From Giardia intestinalis (Eukaryota), in the NCBI GenBank assembly GCA_000002435.2, contig CM018793.1: a DNA stretch of 64,000 bases; one strand, written 5' to 3'. Of this stretch, positions 52,101-61,100 are shown piece after piece. A program made the position numbers and the translations under genes. Positions within the stretch are counted from its first letter, which is position 1; the number at the start of each line of letters is the position of its first letter. The notes below the pieces were generated by a model. That model made no database searches and was not told where the DNA came from. It was given only the letters and a program-made list of their open reading frames with translations.

Positions 52101-55100
52101 GGCCTCAAGGCGGCGGATGGCCTCGTCGCCGCCCTGCGCCTGCTGTGCCTTGGCGCGGAACTTCTCGGCGGCATCGGCGAGGGCCTCTGTGCCTGCTGCT
52201 GCGTGTGCCTCGAGCTCGGCGATTTTGGCGCGGGCGTCGGCAAGCCTTTCTTCGGCGGCCTTGGCCTGAGCCTCCAGCTCTGCAGCGCGCTCTGCAAGCG
52301 CCTCTGCGTCGCGAGCACGCACGGCATCTTCGGCCGCCTGCTCGCGGAGGCGCGCCAGCTCCTCGGAGAGATCCTCGAGCTGGGCCGCCTTGAGCTGGGC
52401 GTCTTCCTGGTGGGCGGCGGCCTGCTCGCGCGCTTCACGGAGCGCCGCTGCGTTCTCGGCTGCGTCGCGGCGGAGGGCTGCAAGCTCCTGCTGAAGCTGC
52501 TGCGCGGCGTCGCCGTGGTCGGCAATCCCGTCGATCGCCTCTGCAAGCGCCTTCTCGCGGGCCTCGAGCTTGTCTGTAAGGGCGGCGCTTTCGTCTTCGA
52601 GGCGACGGATCCTGTTCTGGGCGTCCTCGAGCGCGCCGTCTGTAGCGCTTCTTTTGAGGTCCATGGCAGTAAGCTGGCGCTCGCGGTCCCGGACCTCCTC
52701 TGCTCGCGCTTCGGCCTTGCGGCCCAGCGATTGAAGGGCACTCTCCAGCTCGTCGACGCGGTTGCGCAGCCGTGCCGTCTTGGCGGCGCTTTCTTCTGCT
52801 TGCTCTGCCCTTGCGGCTGCCTCGTCCTCCAGGGCTTGAATCCGCGTTCTGGCGGCCTCGACACTGGCCGTTGTTCGGGAAAGTTCGTCACTCAGCTGGC
52901 CGATCTCCTTGTCCTTTGCATCAAGGGTGGCATGGAGGTCATCTCGCTCGGCCTCGAGTTGAACGATGCGCTCTGCAGCGCCTTCATTGTCTTGCGCACG
53001 TAGTTGTTGAAGCTCGCGCTCGCGGTTGTCTGCCTCCTCGCGAAGTCTTTCTGCCTCATTCCGGAGCATGTCAAGCGCCACTGTCTTCTCATCGAGCTCG
53101 CCCTGCTTTTGCTCCAGCTCCTTCCTAAGAGCGCTTGCTTCAATAGTATAAATTTGAGTATCTGACATCTGTGATTTAAGCTCACTAACAAAATCTTCCA
53201 ACCGTTGAGTACGTTCTTTGGAATCGTTCGCTCTTTCCTCTGATGCCTTATTTAATTTTTTCAGGTCTGCTACCTCTGTCAAAAGTTCCTTTTTGTCGCG
53301 CTCGAGTTGAGCCACGCGATCAACAAGATCTTGAGATTCCTCTGCCTCTAGTTTCATAGTGGCAATTTCATCCATTTGTGCATTTAAGTTATCCAATAGC
53401 TCCGCCATCTGAATTTCATTGGCTTGTGCCTCATGGGTTCGTCTGGCAAATTCCATCTGGGACGCGACAAGCGTCTGCTGGAGTTGGATGATCTCCTCTT
53501 GGTGCTGGCGAATCGCTTGTCGAAGATCTGGGATGGTATCCTGCATCTCGCGGATCTGGGCCTTGGCGTCGTTCATGGCTCCGAGGTTTTCGGTCAGGGC
53601 AGAGACCCTGTCCTCAGCGGCGGCGAGCTGGGCGCGGGCGGTCTGCAGGGCGTCCTGGGCCTCCGCCAGCTGAGCCGCGAGGGCATCTCGCTCGGCCTCC
53701 AGATTCTTGTGCTCGGCCTCCAGAGCTGCGGCCTCGTCGAGGGCCTTATCGAGGGCCGCACGGGCCTCATCGCGCTCGGCCTCTGCAGCACGCACGTCGG
53801 CCTCAAGGCGGCGGATGGCCTCGTCGCCGCCCTGCGCCTGCTGTGCCTTGGCGCGGAACTTCTCGGCGGCATCGGCGAGGGCCTCTGTGCCTGCTGCTGC
53901 GTGTGCCTCGAGCTCGGCGATTTTGGCGCGGGCGTCGGCAAGCCTTTCTTCGGCGGCCTTGGCCTGAGCCTCCAGCTCTGCAGCGCGCTCTGCAAGCGCC
54001 TCTGCGTCGCGAGCACGCACGGCATCTTCGGCCGCCTGCTCGCGGAGGCGCGCCAGCTCCTCGGAGAGATCCTCGAGCTGGGCCGCCTTGAGCTGGGCGT
54101 CTTCCTGGTGGGCGGCGGCCTGCTCGCGCGCTTCACGGAGCGCCGCTGCGTTCTCGGCTGCGTCGCGGCGGAGGGCTGCAAGCTCCTGCTGAAGCTGCTG
54201 CGCGGCGTCGCCGTGGTCGGCAATCCCGTCGATCGCCTCTGCAAGCGCCTTCTCGCGGGCCTCGAGCTTGTCTGTAAGGGCGGCGCTTTCGTCTTCGAGG
54301 CGACGGATCCTGTTCTGGGCGTCCTCGAGCGCGCCGTCTGTAGCGCTTCTTTTGAGGTCCATGGCAGTAAGCTGGCGCTCGCGGTCCCGGACCTCCTCTG
54401 CTCGCGCTTCGGCCTTGCGGCCCAGCGATTGAAGGGCACTCTCCAGCTCGTCGACGCGGTTGCGCAGCCGTGCCGTCTTGGCGGCGCTTTCTTCTGCTTG
54501 CTCTGCCCTTGCGGCTGCCTCGTCCTCCAGGGCTTGAATCCGCGTTCTGGCGGCCTCGACACTGGCCGTTGTTCGGGAAAGTTCGTCACTCAGCTGGCCG
54601 ATCTCCTTGTCCTTTGCATCAAGGGTGGCATGGAGGTCATCTCGCTCGGCCTCGAGTTGAACGATGCGCTCTGCAGCGCCTTCATTGTCTTGCGCACGTA
54701 GTTGTTGAAGCTCGCGCTCGCGGTTGTCTGCCTCCTCGCGAAGTCTTTCTGCCTCATTCCGGAGCATGTCAAGCGCCACTGTCTTCTCATCGAGCTCGCC
54801 CTGCTTTTGCTCCAGCTCCTTCCTAAGAGCGCTTGCTTCAATAGTATAAATTTGAGTATCTGACATCTGTGATTTAAGCTCACTAACAAAATCTTCCAAC
54901 CGTTGAGTACGTTCTTTGGAATCGTTCGCTCTTTCCTCTGATGCCTTATTTAATTTTTTCAGGTCTGCTACCTCTGTCAAAAGTTCCTTTTTGTCGCGCT
55001 CGAGTTGAGCCACGCGATCAACAAGATCTTGAGATTCCTCTGCCTCTAGTTTCATAGTGGCAATTTCATCCATTTGTGCATTTAAGTTATCCAATAGCTC

Positions 55101-58100
55101 CGCCATCTGAATTTCATTGGCTTGTGCCTCATGGGTTCGTCTGGCAAATTCCATCTGGGACGCGACAAGCGTCTGCTGGAGTTGGATGATCTCCTCTTGG
55201 TGCTGGCGAATCGCTTGTCGAAGATCTGGGATGGTATCCTGCATCTCGCGGATCTGGGCCTTGGCGTCGTTCATGGCTCCGAGGTTTTCGGTCAGGGCAG
55301 AGACCCTGTCCTCAGCGGCGGCGAGCTGGGCGCGGGCGGTCTGCAGGGCGTCCTGGGCCTCCGCCAGCTGAGCCGCGAGGGCATCTCGCTCGGCCTCCAG
55401 ATTCTTGTGCTCGGCCTCCAGAGCTGCGGCCTCGTCGAGGGCCTTATCGAGGGCCGCACGGGCCTCATCGCGCTCGGCCTCTGCAGCACGCACGTCGGCC
55501 TCAAGGCGGCGGATGGCCTCGTCGCCGCCCTGCGCCTGCTGTGCCTTGGCGCGGAACTTCTCGGCGGCATCGGCGAGGGCCTCTGTGCCTGCTGCTGCGT
55601 GTGCCTCGAGCTCGGCGATTTTGGCGCGGGCGTCGGCAAGCCTTTCTTCGGCGGCCTTGGCCTGAGCCTCCAGCTCTGCAGCGCGCTCTGCAAGCGCCTC
55701 TGCGTCGCGAGCACGCACGGCATCTTCGGCCGCCTGCTCGCGGAGGCGCGCCAGCTCCTCGGAGAGATCCTCGAGCTGGGCCGCCTTGAGCTGGGCGTCT
55801 TCCTGGTGGGCGGCGGCCTGCTCGCGCGCTTCACGGAGCGCCGCTGCGTTCTCGGCTGCGTCGCGGCGGAGGGCTGCAAGCTCCTGCTGAAGCTGCTGCG
55901 CGGCGTCGCCGTGGTCGGCAATCCCGTCGATCGCCTCTGCAAGCGCCTTCTCGCGGGCCTCGAGCTTGTCTGTAAGGGCGGCGCTTTCGTCTTCGAGGCG
56001 ACGGATCCTGTTCTGGGCGTCCTCGAGCGCGCCGTCTGTAGCGCTTCTTTTGAGGTCCATGGCAGTAAGCTGGCGCTCGCGGTCCCGGACCTCCTCTGCT
56101 CGCGCTTCGGCCTTGCGGCCCAGCGATTGAAGGGCACTCTCCAGCTCGTCGACGCGGTTGCGCAGCCGTGCCGTCTTGGCGGCGCTTTCTTCTGCTTGCT
56201 CTGCCCTTGCGGCTGCCTCGTCCTCCAGGGCTTGAATCCGCGTTCTGGCGGCCTCGACACTGGCCGTTGTTCGGGAAAGTTCGTCACTCAGCTGGCCGAT
56301 CTCCTTGTCCTTTGCATCAAGGGTGGCATGGAGGTCATCTCGCTCGGCCTCGAGTTGAACGATGCGCTCTGCAGCGCCTTCATTGTCTTGCGCACGTAGT
56401 TGTTGAAGCTCGCGCTCGCGGTTGTCTGCCTCCTCGCGAAGTCTTTCTGCCTCATTCCGGAGCATGTCAAGCGCCACTGTCTTCTCATCGAGCTCGCCCT
56501 GCTTTTGCTCCAGCTCCTTCCTAAGAGCGCTTGCTTCAATAGTATAAATTTGAGTATCTGACATCTGTGATTTAAGCTCACTAACAAAATCTTCCAACCG
56601 TTGAGTACGTTCTTTGGAATCGTTCGCTCTTTCCTCTGATGCCTTATTTAATTTTTTCAGGTCTGCTACCTCTGTCAAAAGTTCCTTTTTGTCGCGCTCG
56701 AGTTGAGCCACGCGATCAACAAGATCTTGAGATTCCTCTGCCTCTAGTTTCATAGTGGCAATTTCATCCATTTGTGCATTTAAGTTATCCAATAGCTCCG
56801 CCATCTGAATTTCATTGGCTTGTGCCTCATGGGTTCGTCTGGCAAATTCCATCTGGGACGCGACAAGCGTCTGCTGGAGTTGGATGATCTCCTCTTGGTG
56901 CTGGCGAATCGCTTGTCGAAGATCTGGGATGGTATCCTGCATCTCGCGGATCTGGGCCTTGGCGTCGTTCATGGCTCCGAGGTTTTCGGTCAGGGCAGAG
57001 ACCCTGTCCTCAGCGGCGGCGAGCTGGGCGCGGGCGGTCTGCAGGGCGTCCTGGGCCTCCGCCAGCTGAGCCGCGAGGGCATCTCGCTCGGCCTCCAGAT
57101 TCTTGTGCTCGGCCTCCAGAGCTGCGGCCTCGTCGAGGGCCTTATCGAGGGCCGCACGGGCCTCATCGCGCTCGGCCTCTGCAGCACGCACGTCGGCCTC
57201 AAGGCGGCGGATGGCCTCGTCGCCGCCCTGCGCCTGCTGTGCCTTGGCGCGGAACTTCTCGGCGGCATCGGCGAGGGCCTCTGTGCCTGCTGCTGCGTGT
57301 GCCTCGAGCTCGGCGATTTTGGCGCGGGCGTCGGCAAGCCTTTCTTCGGCGGCCTTGGCCTGAGCCTCCAGCTCTGCAGCGCGCTCTGCAAGCGCCTCTG
57401 CGTCGCGAGCACGCACGGCATCTTCGGCCGCCTGCTCGCGGAGGCGCGCCAGCTCCTCGGAGAGATCCTCGAGCTGGGCCGCCTTGAGCTGGGCGTCTTC
57501 CTGGTGGGCGGCGGCCTGCTCGCGCGCTTCACGGAGCGCCGCTGCGTTCTCGGCTGCGTCGCGGCGGAGGGCTGCAAGCTCCTGCTGAAGCTGCTGCGCG
57601 GCGTCGCCGTGGTCGGCAATCCCGTCGATCGCCTCTGCAAGCGCCTTCTCGCGGGCCTCGAGCTTGTCTGTAAGGGCGGCGCTTTCGTCTTCGAGGCGAC
57701 GGATCCTGTTCTGGGCGTCCTCGAGCGCGCCGTCTGTAGCGCTTCTTTTGAGGTCCATGGCAGTAAGCTGGCGCTCGCGGTCCCGGACCTCCTCTGCTCG
57801 CGCTTCGGCCTTGCGGCCCAGCGATTGAAGGGCACTCTCCAGCTCGTCGACGCGGTTGCGCAGCCGTGCCGTCTTGGCGGCGCTTTCTTCTGCTTGCTCT
57901 GCCCTTGCGGCTGCCTCGTCCTCCAGGGCTTGAATCCGCGTTCTGGCGGCCTCGACACTGGCCGTTGTTCGGGAAAGTTCGTCACTCAGCTGGCCGATCT
58001 CCTTGTCCTTTGCATCAAGGGTGGCATGGAGGTCATCTCGCTCGGCCTCGAGTTGAACGATGCGCTCTGCAGCGCCTTCATTGTCTTGCGCACGTAGTTG

Positions 58101-61100
58101 TTGAAGCTCGCGCTCGCGGTTGTCTGCCTCCTCGCGAAGTCTTTCTGCCTCATTCCGGAGCATGTCAAGCGCCACTGTCTTCTCATCGAGCTCGCCCTGC
58201 TTTTGCTCCAGCTCCTTCCTAAGAGTTCCAAGCTCCATTTCCTGCATCCCTGCATCTATCTGCTTGCTCTTGAGCTCTGACAAATAATCTTCGAGCATTT
58301 GGGTGCGCTCCTTCGAATCGGAAGCCTGCTGCTCGAGATGAGAAAGTGCATCAATCTTGTCGTGTGCTTCCTGGAGCTCGCGACGAAGCTCAGCGATTTC
58401 GTCTGCCTGACGCTGTGCTAAAGTGTCTTTATCTCTGGCTGCTTCTTCTAAATAGTGGACCTGGGCCTTGGCGTCGTTCATGGCTCCGAGGTTTTCGGTC
58501 AGGGCAGAGACCCTGTCCTCAGCGGCGGCGAGCTGGGCGCGGGCGGTCTGCAGGGCGTCCTGGGCCTCCGCCAGCTGAGCCGCGAGGGCATCTCGCTCGG
58601 CCTCCAGATTCTTGTGCTCGGCCTCCAGAGCTGCGGCCTCGTCGAGGGCCTTATCGAGGGCCGCACGGGCCTCATCGCGCTCGGCCTCTGCAGCACGCAC
58701 GTCGGCCTCAAGGCGGCGGATGGCCTCGTCGCCGCCCTGCGCCTGCTGTGCCTTGGCGCGGAACTTCTCGGCGGCATCGGCGAGGGCCTCTGTGCCTGCT
58801 GCTGCGTGTGCCTCGAGCTCGGCGATTTTGGCGCGGGCGTCGGCAAGCCTTTCTTCGGCGGCCTTGGCCTGAGCCTCCAGCTCTGCAGCGCGCTCTGCAA
58901 GCGCCTCTGCGTCGCGAGCACGCACGGCATCTTCGGCCGCCTGCTCGCGGAGGCGCGCCAGCTCCTCGGAGAGATCCTCGAGCTGGGCCGCCTTGAGCTG
59001 GGCGTCTTCCTGGTGGGCGGCGGCCTGCTCGCGCGCTTCACGGAGCGCCGCTGCGTTCTCGGCTGCGTCGCGGCGGAGGGCTGCAAGCTCCTGCTGAAGC
59101 TGCTGCGCGGCGTCGCCGTGGTCGGCAATCCCGTCGATCGCCTCTGCAAGCGCCTTCTCGCGGGCCTCGAGCTTGTCTGTAAGGGCGGCGCTTTCGTCTT
59201 CGAGGCGACGGATCCTGTTCTGGGCGTCCTCGAGCGCGCCGTCTGTAGCGCTTCTTTTGAGGTCCATGGCAGTAAGCTGGCGCTCGCGGTCCCGGACCTC
59301 CTCTGCTCGCGCTTCGGCCTTGCGGCCCAGCGATTGAAGGGCACTCTCCAGCTCGTCGACGCGGTTGCGCAGCCGTGCCGTCTTGGCGGCGCTTTCTTCT
59401 GCTTGCTCTGCCCTTGCGGCTGCCTCGTCCTCCAGGGCTTGAATCCGCGTTCTGGCGGCCTCGACACTGGCCGTTGTTCGGGAAAGTTCGTCACTCAGCT
59501 GGCCGATCTCCTTGTCCTTTGCATCAAGGGTGGCATGGAGGTCATCTCGCTCGGCCTCGAGTTGAACGATGCGCTCTGCAGCGCCTTCATTGTCTTGCGC
59601 ACGTAGTTGTTGAAGCTCGCGCTCGCGGTTGTCTGCCTCCTCGCGAAGTCTTTCTGCCTCATTCCGGAGCATGTCAAGCGCCACTGTCTTCTCATCGAGC
59701 TCGCCCTGCTTTTGCTCCAGCTCCTTCCTAAGAGCGCTTGCTTCAATAGTATAAATTTGAGTATCTGACATCTGTGATTTAAGCTCACTAACAAAATCTT
59801 CCAACCGTTGAGTACGTTCTTTGGAATCGTTCGCTCTTTCCTCTGATGCCTTATTTAATTTTTTCAGGTCTGCTACCTCTGTCAAAAGTTCCTTTTTGTC
59901 GCGCTCGAGTTGAGCCACGCGATCAACAAGATCTTGAGATTCCTCTGCCTCTAGTTTCATAGTGGCAATTTCATCCATTTGTGCATTTAAGTTATCCAAT
60001 AGCTCCGCCATCTGAATTTCATTGGCTTGTGCCTCATGGGTTCGTCTGGCAAATTCCATCTGGGACGCGACAAGCGTCTGCTGGAGTTGGATGATCTCCT
60101 CTTGGTGCTGGCGAATCGCTTGTCGAAGATCTGGGATGGTATCCTGCATCTCGCGGATCTGGGCCTTGGCGTCGTTCATGGCTCCGAGGTTTTCGGTCAG
60201 GGCAGAGACCCTGTCCTCAGCGGCGGCGAGCTGGGCGCGGGCGGTCTGCAGGGCGTCCTGGGCCTCCGCCAGCTGAGCCGCGAGGGCATCTCGCTCGGCC
60301 TCCAGATTCTTGTGCTCGGCCTCCAGAGCTGCGGCCTCGTCGAGGGCCTTATCGAGGGCCGCACGGGCCTCATCGCGCTCGGCCTCTGCAGCACGCACGT
60401 CGGCCTCAAGGCGGCGGATGGCCTCGTCGCCGCCCTGCGCCTGCTGTGCCTTGGCGCGGAACTTCTCGGCGGCATCGGCGAGGGCCTCTGTGCCTGCTGC
60501 TGCGTGTGCCTCGAGCTCGGCGATTTTGGCGCGGGCGTCGGCAAGCCTTTCTTCGGCGGCCTTGGCCTGAGCCTCCAGCTCTGCAGCGCGCTCTGCAAGC
60601 GCCTCTGCGTCGCGAGCACGCACGGCATCTTCGGCCGCCTGCTCGCGGAGGCGCGCCAGCTCCTCGGAGAGATCCTCGAGCTGGGCCGCCTTGAGCTGGG
60701 CGTCTTCCTGGTGGGCGGCGGCCTGCTCGCGCGCTTCACGGAGCGCCGCTGCGTTCTCGGCTGCGTCGCGGCGGAGGGCTGCAAGCTCCTGCTGAAGCTG
60801 CTGCGCGGCGTCGCCGTGGTCGGCAATCCCGTCGATCGCCTCTGCAAGCGCCTTCTCGCGGGCCTCGAGCTTGTCTGTAAGGGCGGCGCTTTCGTCTTCG
60901 AGGCGACGGATCCTGTTCTGGGCGTCCTCGAGCGCGCCGTCTGTAGCGCTTCTTTTGAGGTCCATGGCAGTAAGCTGGCGCTCGCGGTCCCGGACCTCCT
61001 CTGCTCGCGCTTCGGCCTTGCGGCCCAGCGATTGAAGGGCACTCTCCAGCTCGTCGACGCGGTTGCGCAGCCGTGCCGTCTTGGCGGCGCTTTCTTCTGC